Below, piece by piece: positions 38,263 through 47,767 of a DNA stretch of 64,000 nt. A model generated the notes under the pieces. That model was not told the DNA's origin. It saw nothing but the letters and a program-made list of their open reading frames with translations, and did no database searches. Position 1 is the stretch's first letter. Every line of letters starts with the position of its first letter. Source of the DNA: Candidatus Fraserbacteria bacterium (GTDB taxonomy: Bacteria; Bipolaricaulota; Bipolaricaulia; RBG-16-55-9); the NCBI GenBank assembly GCA_037442925.1, contig JBBIPG010000002.1, positions 1 to 64,000 on the forward strand. The letters run 5' to 3'. Position numbers and translations under genes: made by a program.

Positions 38263-39377
38263 CAAGACCCCTTGATTACACGGGCTGTCGCGGGCATGCG
38301 CCGGTAACGGTAGTAAGCAGCACAAGCTCCTTCCGAAGAGACCATCGTTGCTCCTAAAGGGTGTTCGGGAGTACAGCGTGTCCCGAAGGTGGGACACTCG
38401 TGCGGCTTCTTGATGCCCTGCAAGATGAGGCCACTGATGCATTCCGAAGATTCCTCGACCGTGTGCGCGGCGACGCCAAAGCGCCGCTCGGCATCGTATT
38501 CGGCGAATCTCGGCTGCAATCCTAATCCACTCTGAGGGATCTCCCCCATGCCGCGCCACTTGCGCGGGATAACTCGAAAGACCTCGCGAATGAGCTGCTG
38601 AGCTACTCGATTGCCCTCTCGGCGAACGGATCGCGTGTACTGGTTCTCCACTTCGGCTCGGCCCTCTTCGAGTTGCCGGACACACATGTAGACGCCCTGG
38701 AGAATGTCCAACGGCTCAAAGCCGGTGACCACAATGGGGACTCTGTATTTCTTCGCGATCGGTTCGTATTCCGTGTAGCCCATCACCGTGCAGACGTGAC
38801 CAGCAGCTAAGAAACCCTGCACACGGTTGTGGGGTGAGGAGAGCAGAGCCTCCATCGCCGGAGGGACCAAGACGTGCGATACCAGCATCGAGAAATTTCT
38901 GATGTTCTGTTGATACGCTTGATAGACGGCCATCGCATTCGCGGGGGCTGTGGTTTCAAAACCCACGGCGAAGAAGACGACCTCTTTGCTGGGATTCTCT
39001 TGTGCGATCCGGAGGGCATCGAGTGGGGAGTAAACGATGCGAACGTCGCCTCCATTGGCTTTCGCACTCAGCAAGTCTTTCTTAGTGCCCGGCACGCGCA
39101 GCATGTCTCCGAACGAACAGAAGATGACATCGGGGCGTGAGGCGATCTCGATGGCTTTATCAATCAATTCCACGGATGTGACGCACACCGGGCATCCGGG
39201 GCCGTGCACCAGCGTGAGCGCTTCGGGCAGGAATTCATCGATGCCAAACTTGACAATGGCGTGGGTCTGTCCGCCACACACTTCCATGAGCGTCCAGGGT
39301 CTGGTTGCGATGCGCTGAATCAGACGTGCGTAGCGCTGTGCTGCCTGGGCATCGCGGTATTCACTGATGAATCTCAT
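38262..39377 (-). CDS. hypD: Hydrogenase maturation protein
   Basis: [32 protein letters not shown]. Confidence 0.95.
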   Translation of the reverse strand: MRFISEYRDAQAAQRYARLIQRIATRPWTLMEVCGGQTHAIVKFGIDEFLPEALTLVHGPGCPVCVTSVELIDKAIEIASRPDVIFCSFGDMLRVPGTKKDLLSAKANGGDVRIVYSPLDALRIAQENPSKEVVFFAVGFETTAPANAMAVYQAYQQNIRNFSMLVSHVLVPPAMEALLSSPHNRVQGFLAAGHVCTVMGYTEYEPIAKKYRVPIVVTGFEPLDILQGVYMCVRQLEEGRAEVENQYTRSVRREGNRVAQQLIREVFRVIPRKWRGMGEIPQSGLGLQPRFAEYDAERRFGVAAHTVEESSECISGLILQGIKKPHECPTFGTRCTPEHPLGATMVSSEGACAAYYRYRRMPATARVIKGS

Positions 39378-39628
39378 GTTGTTCCTGACTCCAGCTCTTT
39401 CAGTTCATCCATCTGCCGTAAGTACTCGAAAACGCGCTCGGCTTCTTGCTCATCGAGTGTGCTGATGGCAAAGCCCACATGCACGATGACGTAGTCGCCG
39501 ACGTTGGCCTCGGGCACATAGGCGAGATGGACTTCTTTGATGATGCCGCCGAAGTTGACTCTGCCAGTGCGCCACAGTGGGTCATCACTACTGATGCTTT
39601 CGATGCGACCGGGAACGGCAAGGCACAT
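39374..39628 (-). CDS. hypC: Hydrogenase maturation chaperone
   Basis: [18 protein letters not shown]. Confidence 0.95.
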   Translation of the reverse strand: MCLAVPGRIESISSDDPLWRTGRVNFGGIIKEVHLAYVPEANVGDYVIVHVGFAISTLDEQEAERVFEYLRQMDELKELESGTT

Positions 39629-39633
39629 GGCGA

Positions 39634-41940
39634 TCACTCCCTCGAGTTTGCCGCTGCCACAACCTGCCCTAGCGCGATGCCACCATCGTTGGGCGGCACG
39701 CGTTGATGCCAGTACACCCGAAATCCTTCCCCACGCAGCCGCTCCACCGCTCGCTCTGTGAGATAAATGTTCTGGAAACAGCCTCCCGTAAGCACTACTC
39801 GTTCCTCTCCTACTCTCTTTGCCATTACGACCATCATCTCAACAAGCGTGTTGTGAAACTTCGCCGATATCTTACTCACAGAGATGTGACTCTGCATATC
39901 CGCGAGTACCCCATGCACCAAGGGCTCCCAGTCAAGGAGAATGGCCTCCCCCTCATCGCCGAGTTGGGCTCTCGCAATCTGGAAATCATAAACTTCATCG
40001 GTCTTGACGCCATGGAGCGCGAATTCCAACTCCATCGCTGCTTGTCCCTCGAACTTCGTCTCTTGCCGAAGTCCGATAATGGACGCTACGGCATCGACAA
40101 GGCGCCCCGCGCTCGATGTGCGCGGTGTATTGAGCTTCTGCTGAAGCATCCTCTGTAAGAGCTTGCGCTCTGCGAGCGAGAAGGCCTCTAGCGGTGGAAG
40201 CTCGCGCAGGGAAAAGAGTGTATCCCCGAAGATCTCATAGAGAAGTCCAAGAGCTGTGCGTCGTGGCTCTTTAATCGCCTGTTCGCCCCCCGGCAGGGGA
40301 AACGTGCGCAGATGCCCCACCCTACGGAAAGAAGTTTGCGTGGCCCACAAGAACTCCCCGCCCCAGACTGTGCCGTCGAGTCCGTAGCCCGTCCCATCCC
40401 ACGAGACGCCCAGCACAGGCTCCTTGGTAAGTTCGTTTTCGGCCATGCACGAGAGGACGTGGGCGTAATGGTGCTGCACACGGGTCAAGGGCAAGCCACG
40501 CTGTCGGGCATACTTACTGGAGAGATAATCAGGGTGGGCATCACAAGCGATGCTCTGGGGCTTCAAGTCGTAGAGGCGCTCGCAATCTGCAATGACACGA
40601 CAGAAGGCTCCGAAAGCCTCTGCCGTCTCCAAGTCTCCAACGTGTTGACTGATAAAGACATCCTGACCCAAGGAGATGGCGATGCTATTCTTGAGATGCG
40701 CTCCCACAGCCAGTAGGGGCGACCGGCCGGTCGCCTCTACGAGATGGATCGGCAAGGGCGCATACCCACGAGCGCGGCGCAGTACGAGCTCTCGCCCCAT
40801 TACGATGCGCACGATGGAATCGTCGACATGGCGAGCAATCGGACGATCATGAACGAGAAAGAGATCCGCGATCTTCCCAAGGCGTGTCAGGGCGTCGCGC
40901 TCATCAATGCAGATGGGCTCATCGGAGAGATTGCCGCTGGTGGCGACCACGGGGAAGTCCAATTCGGCCATGAGCAGATGATGCAAGGGCGTATAGGGCA
41001 GCATGATGCCAAGATAGGGATTACGCGGGGCGACAGAGGGCGCGAGCTCGGCGCGCTCAGATCGGCGCTTGAGCAGCACAATGGGCGACTCCGGTGAGGT
41101 GAGGAGTCGCGCCTCCAACTCTGAGACCTCACAATGAGCCTTGACCCATTGCAGATGGGGATACATGAGAGCCAAGGGTTTTTCCTCGCGGTGCTTGCGC
41201 TGGCGCAGGCGCTCTACGGCTTCTTCATGGCGTGCATCTACCATGAGATGAAATCCGCCCAGGCCTTTGACGGCAACAATCTTCCCTTCTTGAATGGCAT
41301 ATGCAGCTTGCAGGAGGGCGTCGTCATGGGAAGCTAAGATCTTGCCCGCGCTATCCCACAGTTCCAAGTGTGGTCCACATTCAGGGCAGGCGTTGGGTTG
41401 GGCATGAAAGCGTCTATCCATGGGATTTTCATACTCTGCTTGGCACATGCGGCACATGGGGAACACCTTCATCGTTGTATGGGGGCGGTCATACGGCAGG
41501 GTCTCGATGATGCTGAAGCGCGGGCCGCAATTGGTGCAATTGGTGAAGGGGTAGCGAAAGCGGCGATTATTGGGGCCGAAGGTGTCCTGAAGGCAATCTG
41601 CACATGTGGCGATGTCCGGCAGGATAAGGACGCTCTTTTCTCCCGAGTCGTCGCTGTGCCGAATCTCAAACGTCTCATAGCCGACGGCCTCGAGAAAGGA
41701 AGACTCTAAACTTTGAATGAAGGATCGTGGAGGTCTTTCTCGTTCGATGCGCAGCAGGAATCTCTCTAACTGTTCGCGGCCACCCTCCACTTCGATGAAG
41801 ACACCTTTGGTGGAATTCTGTACCCAGCCTGTGAGCCCCAAGTCAGTAGCCAGGCGATAGATGAAGGGGCGAAAGCCGACGCCCTGCACGGCACCGCGGA
41901 TTACAACACGCAAACGTTGCAATTGCTTATCATTCGCCAC
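39634..41940 (-). CDS. hypF: Carbamoyltransferase
   Basis: VQGVGFRP acylphosphatase domain, Zn fingers (NCTNCGPR), QHHYAH, PPNDGGIALGQ. Confidence 0.95.
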   Translation of the reverse strand: MANDKQLQRLRVVIRGAVQGVGFRPFIYRLATDLGLTGWVQNSTKGVFIEVEGGREQLERFLLRIERERPPRSFIQSLESSFLEAVGYETFEIRHSDDSGEKSVLILPDIATCADCLQDTFGPNNRRFRYPFTNCTNCGPRFSIIETLPYDRPHTTMKVFPMCRMCQAEYENPMDRRFHAQPNACPECGPHLELWDSAGKILASHDDALLQAAYAIQEGKIVAVKGLGGFHLMVDARHEEAVERLRQRKHREEKPLALMYPHLQWVKAHCEVSELEARLLTSPESPIVLLKRRSERAELAPSVAPRNPYLGIMLPYTPLHHLLMAELDFPVVATSGNLSDEPICIDERDALTRLGKIADLFLVHDRPIARHVDDSIVRIVMGRELVLRRARGYAPLPIHLVEATGRSPLLAVGAHLKNSIAISLGQDVFISQHVGDLETAEAFGAFCRVIADCERLYDLKPQSIACDAHPDYLSSKYARQRGLPLTRVQHHYAHVLSCMAENELTKEPVLGVSWDGTGYGLDGTVWGGEFLWATQTSFRRVGHLRTFPLPGGEQAIKEPRRTALGLLYEIFGDTLFSLRELPPLEAFSLAERKLLQRMLQQKLNTPRTSSAGRLVDAVASIIGLRQETKFEGQAAMELEFALHGVKTDEVYDFQIARAQLGDEGEAILLDWEPLVHGVLADMQSHISVSKISAKFHNTLVEMMVVMAKRVGEERVVLTGGCFQNIYLTERAVERLRGEGFRVYWHQRVPPNDGGIALGQVVAAANSRE

Positions 41941-41998
41941 AACTTACAGGCTACAAAAAGCCTACGTCGTTGACCAGCGCAGGGAGGACAACAGCAAA

Positions 41999-42889
41999 CT
42001 ACATATGGTCCCGGCACTTGGCGAGTAATCTCTCCCATTCTGTGTCCACGATCTTCTGGATACGCTCGGTGTCCTCTTCACGGAGATGGCTGAAGCGTCC
42101 CTGCTGCGTGAAGTACTCACGTGCGGGGATTCCATCAGGCATCACGCTGATTGTGTAATGGGTGCCTTCCTCGATTTCATAGAGAGGGAAGACTTTCGTC
42201 TGCACGGCGAGCCGGGCGAGCTTTACCGAAAGCTCGGAAGAGATCTTCCAGCCGGGTGGACAAGGCGATAGCAGATGGATGAACTTCATTCCGCGAATGC
42301 TCTTGGCCTTTTCGATCTTGCGTACCAGATCATCGGGATAGGCAATCGACGCCGTCGCGGCATAGGGAATCCTGTGCGCGGCCATAATCCCCATCATGTC
42401 CTTCTTGGGTTCGCCCTTGGGAGATAGTTTTGGAGTGGTCGTGGTCCACGCAAGATAAGGCGTTGCAGAGCTTCGTTGAATCCCGGTGTTCATATACGCT
42501 TCATTGTCATAGCAGACATAGAGGATGTTTTCGTTGCGTTCAGCAGCACCGGAGAGGGATTGCAGCCCGATATCAAACGTCCCGCCATCGCCGGCCCAAG
42601 CCAGCACTGTCGTTTCGGTATCCCCTTGCACGTCCAAGGCGGCTCGCACACCCGAAGCAGCTACAGCTGCTGTCTCGAAAGCCGTATGCAACAGCGGCAC
42701 CTTAAGCGATGAGTACGGGAAAGGCCCGGCAATGATCGTCCAGCAACAAGCGGGCAGCACGACAATCGTCTTGGGGCCGAGAGCCTTGAGCACATAGCGC
42801 ATGCCCAGCGTCGCCCCGCACCCCTGGCAACCCAGATGCCCCGAACCCATCAACTCCACTTCGGGCACAGTAAAATTCACGTGGCTCAT
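41999..42889 (-). CDS. 2-oxoacid:acceptor oxidoreductase beta subunit (third set)
   Basis: GHLGCQGCG, ACCW, GDGGTFDIG, YDNEAYMNTG; ATG 42889. Confidence 0.87.
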   Translation of the reverse strand: MSHVNFTVPEVELMGSGHLGCQGCGATLGMRYVLKALGPKTIVVLPACCWTIIAGPFPYSSLKVPLLHTAFETAAVAASGVRAALDVQGDTETTVLAWAGDGGTFDIGLQSLSGAAERNENILYVCYDNEAYMNTGIQRSSATPYLAWTTTTPKLSPKGEPKKDMMGIMAAHRIPYAATASIAYPDDLVRKIEKAKSIRGMKFIHLLSPCPPGWKISSELSVKLARLAVQTKVFPLYEIEEGTHYTISVMPDGIPAREYFTQQGRFSHLREEDTERIQKIVDTEWERLLAKCRDHM

Positions 42890-44055
42890 CGTTTCACCCC
42901 AATCCAAACGAGATCTTCTGGTTCATCGTGAGCCTGTGCATACTGAATGATCTCCTGAATCGTGGCAGGCGTGATGTCACGCCCGCCCAGCCCTGCCACA
43001 AAGCCGAAGATGGGCACGCCCCGATGATTGTGCAAGGCTGACTTGATCTCTTGAGCGAAGATTCCCCCTGCACCGAAGCTGATGTTGCGATCGATCACGG
43101 CCACTTTGCGCGCACCCCGGAGCGCGTGACGGACGGCTTCGGACGGGAAGGGTCGGAAGAGTCGAATCTTCAAAAGTCCAACTCTTTGTCCCTGCTCCCG
43201 CAATTCATCGATCACGACGCGAGCTGTGCTGGTCACCGTGCTCGATGTGACAAGTACCAAATCAGCATCTTCTGTGTGATACGGCTCGATGAGTCCGTAG
43301 CGACGTCCGAAGAGTTCTCCGTACTCTTCGTCAGCGCGCTCCCACTCCGAGAGCGCTTGTTCCATTGATTGTTGCATCTGGTAGCGCAGCTCCATGTAGG
43401 TTTCCGGAGGTGCCAAGCCACCGAAGGCATGGGGGTTGTTTACGTCAAGTCTGTAAAGAGGTCGAAATGGAGGCAGATAGCGATCCACAAGTTCCTGATC
43501 GGGAATCTCCACCGGTTCCGCCGTGTGCGAGAGCACGAACGCATCCAGCACCAACATCACGGGAAGAAGAACCTTTTCGGCTACTTTATAGGCACAGATC
43601 ACGCTATCTAGGACTTCTTGATTGCTCTCACAGTAGAGCTGCATCCAGCCGGTGTCCCTTTGAGAGAGGCTGTCATTCTGATCGGTCCAGACCGACCAGG
43701 GTGGTCCCATGGCGCGGTTGACATCGGCCATCACAATCGGCAAGCGGGCACCCGCTGCCCAGTGGAGCATCTCGTGCATCAACGCCAGACCGTGGGAACT
43801 GGTTGCCGTGAAAGCCCGTGCTCCTGCGGACGAAGCTCCAATCAGGGCTGCCATGGCTGAGTGCTCCGACTCCACTTTGATGAATCTCGCGCTGAGAGTC
43901 CCATTGGCACAGAACTCGCTCAGCAATTCGACGATCTGGGTTTGAGGCGTGATAGGATAGGCGGAGATCACCTGCACCCGGGAGAGCATGGCCCCATACG
44001 AGACGGCATGGTTGCCGGTGATCACTTTCTTCGTGCTGGTTGCGATAGCCTTCAT
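42886..44055 (-). CDS. Alpha subunit (third set)
   Basis: AYPITPQT, VESEHSAM, TSSHGL; GAGGAGG RBS before ATG 44055. Confidence 0.87.
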   Translation of the reverse strand: MKAIATSTKKVITGNHAVSYGAMLSRVQVISAYPITPQTQIVELLSEFCANGTLSARFIKVESEHSAMAALIGASSAGARAFTATSSHGLALMHEMLHWAAGARLPIVMADVNRAMGPPWSVWTDQNDSLSQRDTGWMQLYCESNQEVLDSVICAYKVAEKVLLPVMLVLDAFVLSHTAEPVEIPDQELVDRYLPPFRPLYRLDVNNPHAFGGLAPPETYMELRYQMQQSMEQALSEWERADEEYGELFGRRYGLIEPYHTEDADLVLVTSSTVTSTARVVIDELREQGQRVGLLKIRLFRPFPSEAVRHALRGARKVAVIDRNISFGAGGIFAQEIKSALHNHRGVPIFGFVAGLGGRDITPATIQEIIQYAQAHDEPEDLVWIGVKR

Positions 44056-45737
44056 CGTTCCTCCTCGACTAAGGAGATCACACCCCGCGGGCACTCTTCG
44101 GCACAGATCCCACAGCCCTTGCAGAACTCAGCGTTGACTGCGTATGCGCTATCCACCCGCGAGATGGCCACATCTGGACAGAAGACGCGACAGTTATCGC
44201 AGAAGTTGCAGACCCCGCAGGAGAAACAGCGCTGGGCTTCTGCTATGGCCTGCTCTCGGGATATAGCTCCTTTGACTTCCGAAAAGCTTGCTGTTCGGGT
44301 GGAGGGGACAAGATGCGGAGCATCGGCTCGTGGCGCGGGCGTGAAATAGTCAGGGTTGAGGTGTTCAAAAGCAATCTCTTCGGTGAGGCTTCGCTTGTCT
44401 CTTCTCTTGGGAGGACGGACGTGCCCGTGTTGCAGGTAGAGTTGAATTGCCTTAGCTGCTTGTTTTCCCGATGCGATGGCGTCGATGACGGTGCTCGGTC
44501 CGCTTTGAGCATCCCCACCGATGAAGATGCCTTCGCGTTCCAGAAGACCCTTGGGATTATGGATCACAAGCCCAGCACTCGTCTCCATGCTCTCTGAGAG
44601 GAATGGGAGTTCAGGCTCCTCGCCGACGGCTTTGAGTACACAGTCGGTCTCGATCACAAATTCGGAGTTCGGAATGGGCACAGGATGCCGCCGCCCGCTC
44701 GCATCCGGGGCCCCCAGCTCCACGCGGATGCACTCGACTTCCAATGTGTTGCCCACTCGTCGGATCTGCCGGGGTGCCGCGAGAAAGATAAACTCAATTC
44801 CCTCTTGTTCTGCTTCCTCAATCTCTTCCGCAATGGCAGGCATCTCTGCTCGCGTGCGACGATAGACAACGGTGGGATGGGCACCCAGCCGAAGAGCGGT
44901 CCTGGCCGCATCCATGGCCGTGTTGCCGCCACCGATGACGATAACTCGCTTGCCAATCTCGATGTCGTGGTCTGCGTTCACCGACCTCAGAAACTCCAAG
45001 CCCGTCATGACTCCCGCGTTATCTTCGCCGGGGATCTTAAGCGGACGGCTGTGATGAGCGCCTGTGGCGATAAACAGGGCATCAAAACTCTGCCAGAGCT
45101 CTTCCAGTTCGACATGCGAGCTGATCCGCGTCCCAGGCTGGAACTTTACTCCCAACGCGGCAATGTCTTCAATCTCCTTATCGAGAATATCGCGTGGCAA
45201 GCGATAGGATGGAATCGCAAGCCGTAGCATTCCACCCGGTTCCCTTGCCGCCTCCAGAACGGTGACGCCCACTCCTTGACGAGCGAGAAAATACGCACAC
45301 GCAAGCCCAGCCGGCCCGCTGCCTACCACGGCCACTCGCTCGGATCTTGGCTCTCTCTGGTGAGTCTCAGGCCGTAGATCCAAACACGCGTCGGCAATGA
45401 ACCGTTCCAGGGCCTGAATCGAAACGGCTCCATCAAAGTGCTCGCGATTGCAGGCAGCCTCGCACGGATGGTAACAGACCCGGCCACAGATTCCCGGCAG
45501 TGGGTTCTCTGCTCGGATCAGTCTCCAAGCATCGATGAACTGGCCCTCAGCAGCGAGGGTCAGCACGCGAGGCCAGTCTGTGCCCGCGGGACAGCTTACG
45601 CGACACGGGGCGAGCTTCTCCAGATAGACAGGCTTCAAGTAGCGCCAGCCGCCGGTCTTGTTGAACCCCATATCGTTCAGGGAGATGGCCATCGGTGGCA
45701 TCTCTCGCGCGCTCTGAAAGACAACTTGTTTGCTCAT
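44052..45737 (-). CDS. Delta subunit with an inserted GltD-like FAD/NAD(P) oxidoreductase domain
   Basis: N-terminal KTGGWRYLKP; GSGPAG and GGGNTAMD core; C-terminal CNFCDNCRVFCP...CKGCGICAEECP. Confidence 0.85.
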   Translation of the reverse strand: MSKQVVFQSAREMPPMAISLNDMGFNKTGGWRYLKPVYLEKLAPCRVSCPAGTDWPRVLTLAAEGQFIDAWRLIRAENPLPGICGRVCYHPCEAACNREHFDGAVSIQALERFIADACLDLRPETHQREPRSERVAVVGSGPAGLACAYFLARQGVGVTVLEAAREPGGMLRLAIPSYRLPRDILDKEIEDIAALGVKFQPGTRISSHVELEELWQSFDALFIATGAHHSRPLKIPGEDNAGVMTGLEFLRSVNADHDIEIGKRVIVIGGGNTAMDAARTALRLGAHPTVVYRRTRAEMPAIAEEIEEAEQEGIEFIFLAAPRQIRRVGNTLEVECIRVELGAPDASGRRHPVPIPNSEFVIETDCVLKAVGEEPELPFLSESMETSAGLVIHNPKGLLEREGIFIGGDAQSGPSTVIDAIASGKQAAKAIQLYLQHGHVRPPKRRDKRSLTEEIAFEHLNPDYFTPAPRADAPHLVPSTRTASFSEVKGAISREQAIAEAQRCFSCGVCNFCDNCRVFCPDVAISRVDSAYAVNAEFCKGCGICAEECPRGVISLVEEER

Positions 45738-45742
45738 TGTCT

Positions 45743-46327
45743 CTACCTCCCTGCTGCCGCTCCTTCCCTGAGTGCGATCCGGACCTGGTTGTAGGCCGCG
45801 TGCGCCGCCGCGCTGTTCTCTTGAGGGCGAATCGGCACTCCTTCAGAGATGGCCTCGATCACAGCTTCCACACCCACCAGCCCGGTGACGCGCGCAAACG
45901 CTCCTAGAATCGCTGTGTTCACGATGGGGTTGGTTCGCGATCCCAATCGGTGTTGCACCGCGATGGCACTGGCATCGACGGTGGCAACTCGCCAGCCGCC
46001 CTGAATGAAAGCGGAGAACGACTCTGGCTCACGGTCACTGTTGATGAGAATCCAGCCTCCGGGCTTTAGTCCTGCCGTGACCTCCACGACGGGGAGAAGC
46101 GTGGGTTCTAGAACGATGACGTGGTCGGGTTGATAGATCTGACAGCGAAGCCGAATGGGAGCCGAATCGATGCGAAGAAAAGCCATCACAGGTGCGCCGC
46201 GCCGTTCCACGCCGAAGGCCGGAAATGCTTGGACGAACTGGCCCTCCTTAAATGAAGCCACTGCCAACAGTTCTGAAGCTACCACGGCTCCTTGGCCGCC
46301 ACGCCCATGGAAGCGAATCTCAATCAT
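45743..46327 (-). CDS. Gamma subunit (third set)
   Basis: [31 protein letters not shown]. Confidence 0.87.
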
Positions 46328-46390
46328 CCTGCACTCCCTTTCGGCCAATTGCGTTCGTTTCATCGTATCCGTGCCTAGCATGGAAAAACC

Positions 46391-46455
46391 ATGATCTAGG
46401 CTAGCCCCATGGATGATCTTCGTCATTTTACATCGCTATACGCAACACATACAAT
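46391..46455 (+). promoter_or_regulatory. Promoter of the coo/acs operon: TTTACA-17-TACAAT with upstream FNR-like box ATGAT-CTTC-GTCAT (46413-46426) and a half-site at 46391
   Basis: -35 at 46427-46432, -10 at 46450-46455, 17-nt spacer. Confidence 0.7.
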
Positions 46456-46465
46456 ACAGACACGT

Positions 46466-47233
46466 ATGAAGATCGTTATATCTGGCAAGGGTGGTGTGGG
46501 CAAGACAACCGTGTGTGCACTCCTTGCCAAAGAGGCGGCGAGCAAGGGCTATCACGTGCTGGCTGTGGATGCTGATCCCAGCCCCACGCTGGCAGCGACC
46601 TTGGGAGTCTGTCAGGAACCCACGCCGCTCATCGAGTTCCGCGATCTGATTGAGGAACGCTTAGGCTCACTCGAGGGGTTCCTCCGGCTCAACCCGAAAG
46701 TGGACGACATCCCGGAGCGGTTTGCCATGGAGAAGGACGGAGTCAAGATCCTCGTCATGGGATCGATTCAGCAGGGTGGAGAAGGATGTGCCTGCCCTCA
46801 GAACACGTTCCTAAAGAGCCTCCTACAGCATATAGCTTTCGAGCGGGAGGATTGGGTCTTCATGGATCTGGAGGCCGGTTTGGAGCCCTTAGGCCGGGCC
46901 ACCGTGCGTGGCTTCGATGTGCTACTCGTGGTCGTAGAGCCAGATAGCCGCAGTCTCACCACGGCCGGCCGAATCCACAACTTGGCTCATGACCTGGGGC
47001 TAACACACATCTATGCCATAAACAACAAGATTCGGGAAGCGGCGGATGTAGCGTTCGTTGAAGATCGGCTGCCTCGAGGAGTCACCTTACTCGGTGCCCT
47101 GCCCTATAGCGAACCGATTCGCCGAGCTGGCCGTGATGGGTCACTCCATAAGGACCCACTGGTTCAACAAGAAATCAGAAGAATCCTGGAGCAGCTGGAA
47201 GCTTCACACGGCATGGAGAGAGTTTCAGCCTAG
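46466..47233 (+). CDS. cooC: CooC-family nickel insertion ATPase
   Basis: GKGGVGKT, DADP, GCACP, DLEAGLE. Confidence 0.9.
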   Translation: MKIVISGKGGVGKTTVCALLAKEAASKGYHVLAVDADPSPTLAATLGVCQEPTPLIEFRDLIEERLGSLEGFLRLNPKVDDIPERFAMEKDGVKILVMGSIQQGGEGCACPQNTFLKSLLQHIAFEREDWVFMDLEAGLEPLGRATVRGFDVLLVVVEPDSRSLTTAGRIHNLAHDLGLTHIYAINNKIREAADVAFVEDRLPRGVTLLGALPYSEPIRRAGRDGSLHKDPLVQQEIRRILEQLEASHGMERVSA

Positions 47234-47251
47234 CCAAGAAAGGAACGGAAC

Positions 47252-47767
47252 ATGGAGCGACTCTTCTGTGACCCACGAAAGTGCGTGGGCTGCCATTCGT
47301 GCGAACTGGCCTGCGCGCTGGAGCATACCCCCTCCAAAGATCTATTCCGGGCCGTCCTCACCGGGGAGTCGGGTCCGCCGCGTCGGCGCGTCCAGACGGT
47401 AGGGGACCGGCCCTATCGGGTAGCGATTGGTGGCGTTGTTCTCTCACTGGGCTGCCATCACTGCGATCCTGCCCCTTGTGTCGATGCGTGCATCGCTGGG
47501 GCGATGCATAAAGAAAACGGCGAGACGATCTGCGATCTGGACAAGTGCGTAGGTTGCTGGATGTGCGTGATGAGCTGCCCGTATGGGGCCATCACGCCTC
47601 ACGTCAAAGCACTGAAGTGTGATCTCTGCCCCGATCGTCGAGACAAGACCGGGCGATCTCGCTACGCTTGCATCGAGGCCTGCCCTACGGAGGCCCTCTT
47701 TGCCGGGACGTTTGAAGCATTCGAGAAGACCCTATCTCAGCCAATTGTTCAGGGGGTGGCCCGATGA
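47252..47767 (+). CDS. cooF: CooF-like 4x[4Fe-4S] electron-transfer protein
   Basis: CVGCHSCELAC, CHHCDPAPCVDAC, CVGCWMCVMSCP, KCDLC...ACIEACP. Confidence 0.8.
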   Translation: MERLFCDPRKCVGCHSCELACALEHTPSKDLFRAVLTGESGPPRRRVQTVGDRPYRVAIGGVVLSLGCHHCDPAPCVDACIAGAMHKENGETICDLDKCVGCWMCVMSCPYGAITPHVKALKCDLCPDRRDKTGRSRYACIEACPTEALFAGTFEAFEKTLSQPIVQGVAR

